From the NCBI GenBank assembly GCA_902591845.1, contig CACJCG010000001.1, positions 1,080 to 65,079 on the forward strand: 64,000 nucleotides of DNA, read 5' to 3'. This document shows, one piece after another, positions 1 to 9,395 of the stretch (positions are counted from its first letter, which is position 1; every line of letters starts with the position of its first letter). Under the pieces are notes generated by a model. That model saw nothing but the letters and a program-made list of their open reading frames with translations, did not search any database and had not been told where the DNA came from. The DNA is from an uncultured Pelagibacteraceae bacterium (GTDB taxonomy: Bacteria > Pseudomonadota > Alphaproteobacteria > Pelagibacterales > Pelagibacteraceae). A program made the position numbers and the translations under genes.

Positions 1-1
1 T

Positions 2-115
2 AAAAAAATAATAAATTTTAAAGTAAAACAACTTATTTCTTGGAGTTTACCTGAACACTTAAGTGATTATTTATTTTGGGAGAAAATTTTTGTAAATGAA
101 AGTGATTCAATTTAA
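2..115 (+). CDS. 3' end of a CDS cut by the window edge; possibly a sugar nucleotidyltransferase-like protein
   Basis: Frame 2 reads KKIINFKVKQLISWSLPEHLSDYLFWEKIFVNESDSI* (TAA 113-115) and overlaps the next start. It resembles the 'WGTPEDL..Y..W' tail of NTP-transferase-like proteins in glycan clusters (inference). Confidence 0.45.
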   Translation, partial: KKIINFKVKQLISWSLPEHLSDYLFWEKIFVNESDSI

Positions 116-950
116 AAGTTTAATTGATAAGTTTGATTGTTTTTTATTTGATCAATGGGGTGTGGTACATGATGGAAAAAAAAAATTTCCATTTGTTAAT
201 GATACTTTTAATAAATTAAGTTCAAAATGCTGTATTATAATTTCAAATACCTCTCAAACTCAAAAAGAAGCAAAAAGAGACACGTTAAAAAAACTTAAAA
301 TTAATCACAATTATTTTGAAAAAATTGTAACCAGTGGACAGTATTTACAGGATATATCAACCTCTAAGAAAAAAAAATTTGAGAAGTACAATAAACTCTT
401 AAGATTAAAAAAGTGTTATTTAATAAGCAATAGTAATAACAGTGAGGTAATAAAAAATATTGGACTTATAAAATCCGATATTAATTCTGCTAAATTTATA
501 TTGGCAATGTCAATTAAACCATTAGATAATTTTGAGAATTATAAAAAAATTTTAAAAAGTCTTTTAAAAAAAAAATTAACTATGATTTGTTGTAATCCAG
601 ACAAATTTGTTTTTGACGGGAAAGTAAAAAAATTTGTCTTACAGGTTGGTGCATTAGCAGAATATTATAAAAATATTGGTGGAAAAGTTATTTTTATTGG
701 CAAACCCTATAAAGAAATATTTTCTTATTCACTTAAAAATTTAAGATTTAAAAAAAATAAAATTTTAATGATAGGTGATAATACTCAAACCGATATTGCA
801 GGTGCAAAAAAATTTGGTATTAAATCTGCTTTAGTATTAGATGGTTTTAAAAGTAATGAAATTAATAATTACAAAAATAAAAATATAAAAGAAATTTTAA
901 AAATATTAGTATACAAGCCAAACTTTGTTATACAGAATATATCAATTTAA
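96..950 (+). CDS. HAD-superfamily subfamily IIA hydrolase (sugar phosphatase-like)
   Basis: FLFDQWGVVHDG (motif I), ISNTS, CCNPD, GKPY, MIGDNTQTDIAGA. Confidence 0.85.
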   Translation: MKVIQFKSLIDKFDCFLFDQWGVVHDGKKKFPFVNDTFNKLSSKCCIIISNTSQTQKEAKRDTLKKLKINHNYFEKIVTSGQYLQDISTSKKKKFEKYNKLLRLKKCYLISNSNNSEVIKNIGLIKSDINSAKFILAMSIKPLDNFENYKKILKSLLKKKLTMICCNPDKFVFDGKVKKFVLQVGALAEYYKNIGGKVIFIGKPYKEIFSYSLKNLRFKKNKILMIGDNTQTDIAGAKKFGIKSALVLDGFKSNEINNYKNKNIKEILKILVYKPNFVIQNISI

Positions 951-1870
951 AAATTTTTAAAAATTTTTGTCAAAGAATTAACATCCATTTTGTATTTTTT
1001 TTCTAATTCTTTAGGAATATCGCTATCTATGAATCCATTTTTAAGACCATGTATCTTAAATTTTAAATTTAAATTATTTTCTGCAATAATTTCGCTAATT
1101 ATACTCCCTAATCCTCCCAAAGAACTGTGGTCTTCTACAGTAATAACTTTTTTATATTTTTTTAAAATATTATTAACTGATCTTTTATTAAGTGGTTTTA
1201 ATGAAGATACATTTACTAAGCCATACTTATTAGAATTTAATTTTTTAATAGCTTGTAGACAGTTGTAGACCATAGCTCCTGAAGATATAATGAGTTTCTT
1301 TCTACCTTTAACTATTTGATTAGGTACACCAATTTTAAATTTATGATTTTTATTTAAAAATTCTGGAATTTCATTTCTAGCAATTCTTAAATAGGTTGGT
1401 TTTTTTGATTTACAAACATATTTAATTATCTCTTTTGTGTCTAAGGGTGTGCAAGGTTGAAGTACCTCAAAATAGGGCATAGAGCGCATTATTGATATGT
1501 CTTGTAGAGCAGATTGAGTTGCACCATCTGAACCAATCAAACCACAGTGCGTACCAACTACCACAACAGGAGCATTATTGTAACAAATTGAATTTCTTAT
1601 CTCAGTATTTTTTCCTGTAATAAAAGAGCCAAAGCTTGCAACAAAGGGACGAAAACCCTCAAAAGATAAACCCGTTGCAACTCCTATTGCATTTGCTTCA
1701 GCAATTCCAACTTCAAGTGATCTTTTTGGAAATTTTTCAAAAAAATAATTTAATTTACAAGCACCTTTTAAATCAATACTTATTGCAATAATTTTATTAT
1801 TTTTTTTTCCTTCATTAGCTAAAGACTTTCCAAACGCATCTCTTATAGAAATAATTTTGTTTTTATCCAT
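947..1870 (-). CDS. Transketolase-like protein, C-terminal (pyrimidine-binding) subunit
   Basis: RDAFG, VGIAEANAIG, DGAT, PTYLRIAR, TVEDHSSLGGLGS. Confidence 0.88.
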   Translation of the reverse strand: MDKNKIISIRDAFGKSLANEGKKNNKIIAISIDLKGACKLNYFFEKFPKRSLEVGIAEANAIGVATGLSFEGFRPFVASFGSFITGKNTEIRNSICYNNAPVVVVGTHCGLIGSDGATQSALQDISIMRSMPYFEVLQPCTPLDTKEIIKYVCKSKKPTYLRIARNEIPEFLNKNHKFKIGVPNQIVKGRKKLIISSGAMVYNCLQAIKKLNSNKYGLVNVSSLKPLNKRSVNNILKKYKKVITVEDHSSLGGLGSIISEIIAENNLNLKFKIHGLKNGFIDSDIPKELEKKYKMDVNSLTKIFKNF

Positions 1871-2657
1871 TAATCTCTTTCAAAGCCCTCTGATATTCAT
1901 CCATAGGTAATTTTTTAACTGAATGATATTTATTATTTCCCTCCATAAAACTCACTCCTTTTCCTTTAATTGTATCGCAGTAAATTACAACGGGTTTATT
2001 ATATTTTTTTTGTGTTACATTTTTTAAAATTTTTTCCAATTTATTTAAGGAATGACCATCTGTCTTTATAAATTTAAATCCAAATGATTCCCATTTACCT
2101 TTTAAATTAACTTCTTTTAATGTTTGTTTCACAGAGAATTCATTTTGAAATTTATTTCCATCTATGAGTGTTACAATATTTTTCAAATTTTTTGATCCAA
2201 TATACATGGCAGCTTCCCAAACTTGTCCTTCTTGCAGTTCACCATCTCCTAGCAAACAAAATATAAAATTTTTTTTATTTAATAAATTTGATGATATAGA
2301 ATAGCCAATTGAAACAGACAATCCTTGTCCCAATGCGCCAGTTCCAAAATCAAGAAGTTTTAATTTTTTTTTATCAGGGTGTCCTTGCAATCGGCTTGAA
2401 AATTTTCTTAATGTATTTAATTCATTTTTTTTTAAGAGATTTAGATGGTCAAATATTGCGTAAATTGCTGGAGCAGCATGACCTTTAGAAAGAACCAATT
2501 TATTCCTATTTTTATTTTTAAAATTTATATATTTCTTTAAAATAATATATAGTATTTCAACACAGGAATAAGAAGGTCCTAAATGACCAGAGTCTGTATT
2601 CTGAATTGAATTAAGTATTTTTTTTCTGATTATTGAAAGATCTTTTAATTTGCTCAT
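1863..2657 (-). CDS. Transketolase-like protein, N-terminal (ThDP-binding) subunit
   Basis: GHLGPSYS, LSKGHAAPAIY, LQGHP, ThDP motif GDGELQEGQVWEA...N, TIKGKGVSFME. Confidence 0.9.
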   Translation of the reverse strand: MSKLKDLSIIRKKILNSIQNTDSGHLGPSYSCVEILYIILKKYINFKNKNRNKLVLSKGHAAPAIYAIFDHLNLLKKNELNTLRKFSSRLQGHPDKKKLKLLDFGTGALGQGLSVSIGYSISSNLLNKKNFIFCLLGDGELQEGQVWEAAMYIGSKNLKNIVTLIDGNKFQNEFSVKQTLKEVNLKGKWESFGFKFIKTDGHSLNKLEKILKNVTQKKYNKPVVIYCDTIKGKGVSFMEGNNKYHSVKKLPMDEYQRALKEING

Positions 2658-2721
2658 GAAGCTACTGAGTATATTATATGAACATTCTAGTAAAGTTTTA
2701 TATTTTATTTATATATACTAA

Positions 2722-3774
2722 TTACAACTCTGAATAGTTGTCGCTAACATTTCTATAATGTTTTTTTAAATCTATAGAAATGTTGAAAAACAAAAGCAAA
2801 CTAGCAATACTTTGGACTATGGTACAAATGAATAATTGTATTAATAACTTTATAAAATTTAGTGAAAAATTTGATATTCTTAAACTCTCAATTAGTAAAA
2901 TAAAAAAATATAAGAATAATGGAATTAATAAAATAAAATTTAAATTTAAAAACAATGCAGTTAATAACAATATAGCAAAATAAGTTACAAGCAGAGGATT
3001 AATAAAAAACTCAAACCTAAAAGTTTTAGTTGTATAGGCACTACCAGCTTCAATTTTCCTATTTAACAAAATTCTATTTAAATAAGCTTTAATAGCCACA
3101 GTAGATTGCATGCCTCTGTCATATCTTTCTATTAAAAAACCTTTAAAATATCTATCAAAATGGTAAGCATGAACATTTGGTGAGTAATACAACTTTTTGC
3201 CTGAAGCTATAATTCTGTTAAATAAATCTGTGTCTTCACCAGTATATAGATTTTCATCCATACCATTAAGTTCTAAATATTTTTCTCTTCGCATAAAAAG
3301 ATTAGATGAAGAAAGTTCTGGAACATACATTTCATCTAAAATATTTTTTCGATGATTTCTAAAACCAGATATTAGTATCGATTTTTTTAAAAGACCTACA
3401 TTTTTTTGAGATTTAGACTCATTTGGAGGTGAAGTATCAGGACCCCCTACAGCATAAATTTTATTATTTTTTTTTAAACAATTTTTAGCATTAATAATCC
3501 AATCTGTGTTTGCTGGAAATGAGTCGCTATCAAAAAAAGCTAAAAATTCAGTGTCAGTGGTATCAACTGCTAAATTTCTCTTTCGACTCATAGTCATCCC
3601 AGAAGAAACTAAAATATATTTAATTTTTTCGTTTTTATTAAATATTTGATTTTCTTTATCATCTGTAACAATAATTATTTTTGGATTTGTTTTTAATTCC
3701 AAACAATGTTTTACGGTATTGTTTAAAATATGAGAGTTTTTAATAGCTGGAATTATTACTGTTGTATCACTCAA
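2722..3774 (-). CDS. Family 2 glycosyltransferase with C-terminal transmembrane helices
   Basis: TVIIPA, RNLAV, AFFDSD (DxD), GEDTDL, hydrophobic C-terminal third. Confidence 0.85.
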   Translation of the reverse strand: MSDTTVIIPAIKNSHILNNTVKHCLELKTNPKIIIVTDDKENQIFNKNEKIKYILVSSGMTMSRKRNLAVDTTDTEFLAFFDSDSFPANTDWIINAKNCLKKNNKIYAVGGPDTSPPNESKSQKNVGLLKKSILISGFRNHRKNILDEMYVPELSSSNLFMRREKYLELNGMDENLYTGEDTDLFNRIIASGKKLYYSPNVHAYHFDRYFKGFLIERYDRGMQSTVAIKAYLNRILLNRKIEAGSAYTTKTFRFEFFINPLLVTYFAILLLTALFLNLNFILLIPLFLYFFILLIESLRISNFSLNFIKLLIQLFICTIVQSIASLLLFFNISIDLKKHYRNVSDNYSEL

Positions 3775-4877
3775 AACTTTGATTTAATAATTTTTGTTGC
3801 AATATTTGCGGTATATTTTGGACTTGAGATTAAATTATAAGTAAAAATACATTCCCAATGACAATTACACTTTGTTTTTTTAATCCAATCCCTAGTTTCG
3901 CCAGCCTTTTTATCATTCCAAAGTTTCATAAAATCAAAATTATAATCTCTAAGATTTCCAAGTGCTTTATCTTTATCTAAAATTTCACAAGGAAGAACAT
4001 CTCCGTCAGATGTAACAACACCAAAAATAGAACCAGCAACACAATTAGAATAAAATTTTGGTTTTAAATAGGTATCAGCTATCATTTGATATTGTATTTT
4101 ATTTTTTTCATTAATTACTTTTCCTTCAAGGTCGAAATTCGAAAAACCTCTTAACTTTCCTTTATCTACATTTTCAACATTTTTCTTTGTTATTTTTTTA
4201 TAGGCTTCTATGAGTGAAATTTTACTTTCAGGCGGCACATCGTAAACACCTTCATTTCTGACAACTATAGGATTAATGGTTTCAATTTTATGTTCATCTG
4301 TTAGGTAATCGTATATTTTTTCAATCTCTTGATAATTCCCCTCAGAAATAGTTAAATTACATGTTGCAATACAATTTTTAGAACTATTTTTGACTAAATT
4401 ATAAGACTCTATTGTCCGTTTAAATAAACCAGGTATTTTTCGCATCTCATCGTGTTTTTCTGGAAAAGAGTCTATCGAAAATTGAAAGACAAACTTTGTC
4501 GAAGGGTATTTAGAACAAATAGTCTCTAAAAATGTCTTAATTTTTTTTGGATAACTTCCATTGGTACTGATAACCACAGATGATAAATCACAGTTATCAA
4601 TAAAGTTTGAGATAATTTGATCAAAATCAGATCTTAAAAAAGGCTCACCTCCAGTAAAATTTAAATGATGCAAAGAGTCTTTTAAACTAATAGACATAGT
4701 TTTAAAGTTTTCAACTGTGATCTCATTTTCCTTTTGTTGGCCTTTAGCATTTTTACTAAAATCGATAAAACAAAAAGAACATCTTGCATTACATCTTTCT
4801 GTGAGAAAAATAATTAAACTAACTGGTTTATTTTTTTTTAAATAAATATTTTTAATTAATCTTAATTTATTTTTCAT
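3771..4877 (-). CDS. Radical SAM protein with SPASM/Twitch-type auxiliary cluster domain
   Basis: CNARCSFC, FTGGEPFLR, STNG, CVAGSIFGVVTSDGDVLPC, CNCHWEC. Confidence 0.9.
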   Translation of the reverse strand: MKNKLRLIKNIYLKKNKPVSLIIFLTERCNARCSFCFIDFSKNAKGQQKENEITVENFKTMSISLKDSLHHLNFTGGEPFLRSDFDQIISNFIDNCDLSSVVISTNGSYPKKIKTFLETICSKYPSTKFVFQFSIDSFPEKHDEMRKIPGLFKRTIESYNLVKNSSKNCIATCNLTISEGNYQEIEKIYDYLTDEHKIETINPIVVRNEGVYDVPPESKISLIEAYKKITKKNVENVDKGKLRGFSNFDLEGKVINEKNKIQYQMIADTYLKPKFYSNCVAGSIFGVVTSDGDVLPCEILDKDKALGNLRDYNFDFMKLWNDKKAGETRDWIKKTKCNCHWECIFTYNLISSPKYTANIATKIIKSKF

Positions 4878-4941
4878 TTATGGCTTTATTAATAAATAAT
4901 ATCAGTAATTAAAGAAAAAAATTAGTTTTTTTTTTATTAAA

Positions 4942-6240
4942 TCACAAAGTAATTTTCTCTTTATTTTCATCTTTTAAAGGCTCATCTATTGGTTCAGTTG
5001 TTGGGTTTAATTCAATACCAGCCGGTGTAATTGATTGAGGCATTGCAACAAATTGTGAATCTGGGTTTTCAACAACTGGTCTAACTCTCGATCTGTAAAC
5101 ACCATAAACTCCAATTAAAATATGGAAAAACATTAAGAATACAAAAAAACCATTTAAGTTTGTTAAGTTCATGAAAATAGAACATAAAAATGGACCACCC
5201 ATTGCCCCTAATCCAAAAGTAAACTGTAAACTTGCACCTGCTGCAACAAATTTTTCTTTAGGAATAAAATCATTTGTATGTGCTAAAATCAAAGAGAACA
5301 TTGGTAAACTACAAAAAGAAAATAAAATTAAAAAAACGTAAAACCAAAATTTACTTGTAGCTAAACCATCGGGCAGATACATTTGGCCAGATGCAAGAAT
5401 TGCACAGAATGCAAAAAATGAAGCAGCAAAACTAACTACAATAATTACTTTTCTTCTATCATATATGTCTGAAAGTTTTCCAATTGGCCATTGTGAGATA
5501 GCACCTGATATTGCTAATAAAAATGTAACTATTGAGATTTGAAATATAGAAAAATTCATTCCTGCAGCATAAACAGCAAGTAAAGTAAATAATGCAGACT
5601 GGATAGTTCCATAAAAAAATGAACTAACCATTCCAAAAGGTGATGAAATATATACCTCTTGTAAAGACATAGTTTCAATTTTTTTAAATGTTGGTGGTTT
5701 TCGTTTCGTTAATAAAATTGGTATTAGTGCAGCTGATGTAATTACAGATATTAATATAAAAGGTTCAAAATTAATTGGATTACTAAAGTTTAAAAATAAC
5801 ATCCCACACCCCATAGCTCCATACAAAATAACCATATAAATTGATAGCACACTTCCTCTGTTTCTATTACTTGCTCTATCATTTAACCAACTCTCCGCAA
5901 CTGTATAAATGGAAACCATACTAATGCCAGTAAGCACTCTTAATAAAAACCATACGAATGGATTTATAAAAATTGCATGAACAAGAATAACTAGAGATGC
6001 AATAGAGGCAAATGCTGCAAATATTCTAATATGTCCAACCCTTGATATTAATTTTGGAATCGTAATTGCTCCAACAAAATATCCTACAAAATATCCAGAC
6101 ATCATAAATCCTGTTGCAGTTAAACTGAATTCTTCTTTAACAGCTCTAACCCCTAATAGAGAACCCTGAAAACCGTATGCCAGCATTAAAGCTCCCATAC
6201 CTAAAAATAGAGCCCATGAATTCTTTAATATTTTGTTCAT
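4942..6240 (-). CDS. MFS transporter (YcaD-like)
   Basis: About 12 hydrophobic segments, MFS motif GKLSDIYDRR, ESWLN. Confidence 0.85.
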   Translation of the reverse strand: MNKILKNSWALFLGMGALMLAYGFQGSLLGVRAVKEEFSLTATGFMMSGYFVGYFVGAITIPKLISRVGHIRIFAAFASIASLVILVHAIFINPFVWFLLRVLTGISMVSIYTVAESWLNDRASNRNRGSVLSIYMVILYGAMGCGMLFLNFSNPINFEPFILISVITSAALIPILLTKRKPPTFKKIETMSLQEVYISSPFGMVSSFFYGTIQSALFTLLAVYAAGMNFSIFQISIVTFLLAISGAISQWPIGKLSDIYDRRKVIIVVSFAASFFAFCAILASGQMYLPDGLATSKFWFYVFLILFSFCSLPMFSLILAHTNDFIPKEKFVAAGASLQFTFGLGAMGGPFLCSIFMNLTNLNGFFVFLMFFHILIGVYGVYRSRVRPVVENPDSQFVAMPQSITPAGIELNPTTEPIDEPLKDENKEKITL

Positions 6241-6250
6241 ATGAGTCGCT

Positions 6251-6279
6251 ATCTATTTCTGATTTGTTCCTAAATCAAG
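6251..6279 (-). promoter_or_regulatory. Putative sigma70 promoter of the MFS gene, overlapped by a TGATTT-N6-AAATCA inverted repeat
   Basis: Minus strand reads TTGATT, 17 nt, TAGATA just upstream of ATG 6240; perfect 6-bp inverted repeat at 6260-6277. Confidence 0.35.
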
Positions 6280-6297
6280 TTATTTGTAATTAAAGAA

Positions 6298-7158
6298 TTA
6301 AGATTTTTTTAACTTAAAAAATGAGTGAATTGCAATTGTCAATATAATAATAACGCCACCTTGGATTGTCTCTATGCTTGGTTGTTCTTTGATAATCATC
6401 CATACCCATATAGGACCAATTATGGTTTCCAATAAAAAGAATAAATTTACTTCCTCAGCCGGTATAAATCTTGGGGCTATTGTTACTAAAACAAATGGTA
6501 TCGCTACACACAAAATACACATTAAAGGAACATAAATCATATCATTCCCAACTAAATCAAAACTATCAACAAAGAAAAATGCAAAAATAGCAACACATAA
6601 TTTTCCTAAAACTGCTGAAGGAAGTAAATCTCTATCCTTTGCCGATCTTACTAATACTGCATTTACTGCAAGTCCAGTAGCAGTTACTAATCCCATCAAA
6701 TCTCCAAAAAAGTTACCCAATTGAATAGAGTCATAAAATATGTAAATAGCTGAAAAGAAAGTAATTAATATTGCAAGCCATGTTTTTTTATCTGGTATTT
6801 CTTTTAAAAATATCCCCCCCAGGATTGCTGATAGCATTGGCGCCAAGGCAACCATTACAAGAGTATTTGCTACATTAGTATTTTGAATAGAAACAATAAA
6901 AGTAATATTACAAATTGCAAAGCTGATAGTATAAAATATTCCAGTAGTACCTACATTAAATAAAGCGTTTAAAAAATTTTTATTATAAAAAATTAATAAA
7001 CCTACTAAAACTACAACAAAAGGAATAGCTCCTCTATAAAACAACATTCCCCAAGTTTCAATATCTGATAATCTAATTAAAAGAGAATCCGGCGTAATAA
7101 GCATTACCGCAACAAAAGCTAATAAAGAACCTTTTTGTTGGTTAGTTAAATTATTCAC
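6298..7158 (-). CDS. DMT/EamA family transporter
   Basis: About 10 TM segments in a two-repeat EamA pattern. The likely start is GTG at 7158, overlapping the gshB TGA; the track start 7176 is probably too long. Confidence 0.82.
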   Translation of the reverse strand: MNNLTNQQKGSLLAFVAVMLITPDSLLIRLSDIETWGMLFYRGAIPFVVVLVGLLIFYNKNFLNALFNVGTTGIFYTISFAICNITFIVSIQNTNVANTLVMVALAPMLSAILGGIFLKEIPDKKTWLAILITFFSAIYIFYDSIQLGNFFGDLMGLVTATGLAVNAVLVRSAKDRDLLPSAVLGKLCVAIFAFFFVDSFDLVGNDMIYVPLMCILCVAIPFVLVTIAPRFIPAEEVNLFFLLETIIGPIWVWMIIKEQPSIETIQGGVIIILTIAIHSFFKLKKS

Positions 7159-8081
7159 GCTTTTAATTCTTTCCAAAAAGTTTTAGCTAAATTTTTTCCC
7201 GATAGATCATAAAGTGTTTTAAGTCCAGTTGGAGATGTAACATTTATATCTCCATTGAGTTTTTGATCTATAAAATCAATTCCTGCAAAAAAAATATTTT
7301 CTTTTTTTAAATCTTTTGCAATTAGCTTTGAAATTTTAATTTCTTTACTTGTTAATTTGATATTAGTTGGTTTTGCTCCTTTACTCATATTGCTTAAAAT
7401 TGAACCTTTTTTTGGAACCCTTGAAATTGCACCACATACTTTTCCGTTAATAATAAAAACCCTTTTATCTCCCTTACTTATTTTAGGAAGAAATTTTTGA
7501 CACATGATATGATCATGTTTTTTTATAAATTTATTAACTAATTTTGAATTAAATTTAGTTTGCAAATGAATATCATTTCCACTGAAACTATGGATAGGTT
7601 TTAAAATGACTTTTTTGTTTTTTTTGAAAAATTTTTTAATTTCACTCATATTTTGAGTAAAAATAGTAGCTGGCATATATTTTTGATATTTAGATGAATA
7701 TAATTTTTCAGAAATATTCCTTACAGAGGTAGGGTTGTTAATTATTTTAACTTTAGTCTTAATTGTATCCAAAATGTATGTTGTTGAAATATACTCAAGA
7801 TTAAAAGGTGGATCTTGGCGAATAAGAATAAATTTACATTTTGTTAAGTCTTGATTTTGTTTTTTTGTGATTTTGTAGAATTTTTTATTACTGTAATTAA
7901 ATTTAATAAAAAAACCTTTAGCTGTAACTTTCGAATTAACAACTGATAAATCTTTTGGATCATAATAGAAAATTTTATATTTTTTGTTCTGAATTTCATT
8001 TGCTAAAAATACACTTGTATCCGTTAAAGGATTTAGTTTAGAAGGATGATTTCCTTGGACAGCAACAATTTTATTTATCAT
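7155..8081 (-). CDS. gshB: Glutathione synthetase
   Basis: RQDPPFNLEY, NNPTSVRN, EKL, GDKRV, INVTSPTG; adjacent to gshA. Confidence 0.92.
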   Translation of the reverse strand: MINKIVAVQGNHPSKLNPLTDTSVFLANEIQNKKYKIFYYDPKDLSVVNSKVTAKGFFIKFNYSNKKFYKITKKQNQDLTKCKFILIRQDPPFNLEYISTTYILDTIKTKVKIINNPTSVRNISEKLYSSKYQKYMPATIFTQNMSEIKKFFKKNKKVILKPIHSFSGNDIHLQTKFNSKLVNKFIKKHDHIMCQKFLPKISKGDKRVFIINGKVCGAISRVPKKGSILSNMSKGAKPTNIKLTSKEIKISKLIAKDLKKENIFFAGIDFIDQKLNGDINVTSPTGLKTLYDLSGKNLAKTFWKELKA

Positions 8082-9366
8082 ACAATTCGTCTAAATTTTC
8101 GTTTTTTGAAAATTTACTAATCATATGATCTGCGTTTGTTGTCTTATTATCAATTACTTTTTGTAGATGGTTCAGGAATACTGTTTCGTTATTACCTTTT
8201 TTACTTAAAACATCTCTATTCTCTAAACCTTTTCTTGAAAGATCTAAAAGTGTAGATGACCAATAGAGAAGATCTTTACCCATTAATTGAGTATTAAATC
8301 CCTTTTGTGGTGCCTCTAGATAAGCGTTAATTATTTTATTGATGTCCCATTTCGAAATTAGCTCATGAACTTCATCTAAATTTCCATAAAGCATACCAAT
8401 ATCGAAAGCTGGTCCTGCACATAAACAATCCCAACCACAGGTATCCATCGATCTCAATTCAATATATTTCTTAACTCTGTTTTCAGTAAATATTGTACTT
8501 AAGTGAGTTGTTAAATCTGCTTCAGTTGGTAGCCTATTTCCAATTTCTTGGATTTTTCCTTCCATAAAATCTTTAAAAATATATTTCCTTCCTGAAATAT
8601 AATGATCTTTATGCTGTATAAATAATATAGGAAAATTAATTACAAAATCTGCGTATTTTTCAAAATTCATATTTTCAAAAAATAATTTAGGCAATCCTCC
8701 TCTAGAAGTACTTTGCCATACTTTAGATCTATAAGATAAATAGTTGCTATTTTTTTTCTCTACAATTGATGAGTTAGCAAATAAAGCAATTGCTATAGGC
8801 ACAATTGAGTTTGCTACTCTGAACTTTTTAATAAAATCTTCTTCTGAACTATAATCTATATTTAACTGTGTACCGCATGTTCGATACATCATATCCAAGC
8901 TAAGTTCACCACCTAGAGGCATATCCTTAGTCATCAATTCATATCGCTGCTTAGGATTGTTTGGGATTTCATTTAATTTTGATATAGGATCGAATCCTGC
9001 ACTAACAATTTTTATATCTAGTTTTTTTGTTACTTGTTTTAATTCAAACAAATAGTCTTGTGACTCTGCACAAGCTTCGTGCATATGATTTAATTTATCT
9101 CCTGATAATTCTATTTGGTTACCTGGTTCAAGAGTTATATTTTTTCCACCTTTATTCAGAGCAATGATGTTTTCTTTTTCAAAAACTGGATTCCAGCCAA
9201 ATTCAAGCAGAGCTGTAAACATTTCTTTTATTTTTGAATAATCAATCCTTTTATTATCCGAATTATTAAATAAAAACTTTTCATGCTCGATTCCAATTTT
9301 GAAATTTTTGAGTTCTTTAATACCTGATTTAAAATAATTTATAATTTTTACTTTTGAATCAATCAT
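8071..9366 (-). CDS. gshA: Glutamate-cysteine ligase (alphaproteobacterial/plant type)
   Basis: IGIEHEKF, ITLEPGNQIELSG, MMYRTCGTQLNID, ALFANS, HLSTIFTENRVKKYIELR. Confidence 0.93.
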   Translation of the reverse strand: MIDSKVKIINYFKSGIKELKNFKIGIEHEKFLFNNSDNKRIDYSKIKEMFTALLEFGWNPVFEKENIIALNKGGKNITLEPGNQIELSGDKLNHMHEACAESQDYLFELKQVTKKLDIKIVSAGFDPISKLNEIPNNPKQRYELMTKDMPLGGELSLDMMYRTCGTQLNIDYSSEEDFIKKFRVANSIVPIAIALFANSSIVEKKNSNYLSYRSKVWQSTSRGGLPKLFFENMNFEKYADFVINFPILFIQHKDHYISGRKYIFKDFMEGKIQEIGNRLPTEADLTTHLSTIFTENRVKKYIELRSMDTCGWDCLCAGPAFDIGMLYGNLDEVHELISKWDINKIINAYLEAPQKGFNTQLMGKDLLYWSSTLLDLSRKGLENRDVLSKKGNNETVFLNHLQKVIDNKTTNADHMISKFSKNENLDELYDK

Positions 9367-9395
9367 GCGCTGTAAGTAGTGATTTATACTTAAAT

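Noticed and set aside
2722-4877. Mycofactocin/RiPP-type system (radical SAM-SPASM plus GT2)
   Set aside because: No precursor peptide or PqqD/RRE chaperone is visible, and the neighbours are sugar-metabolism genes.
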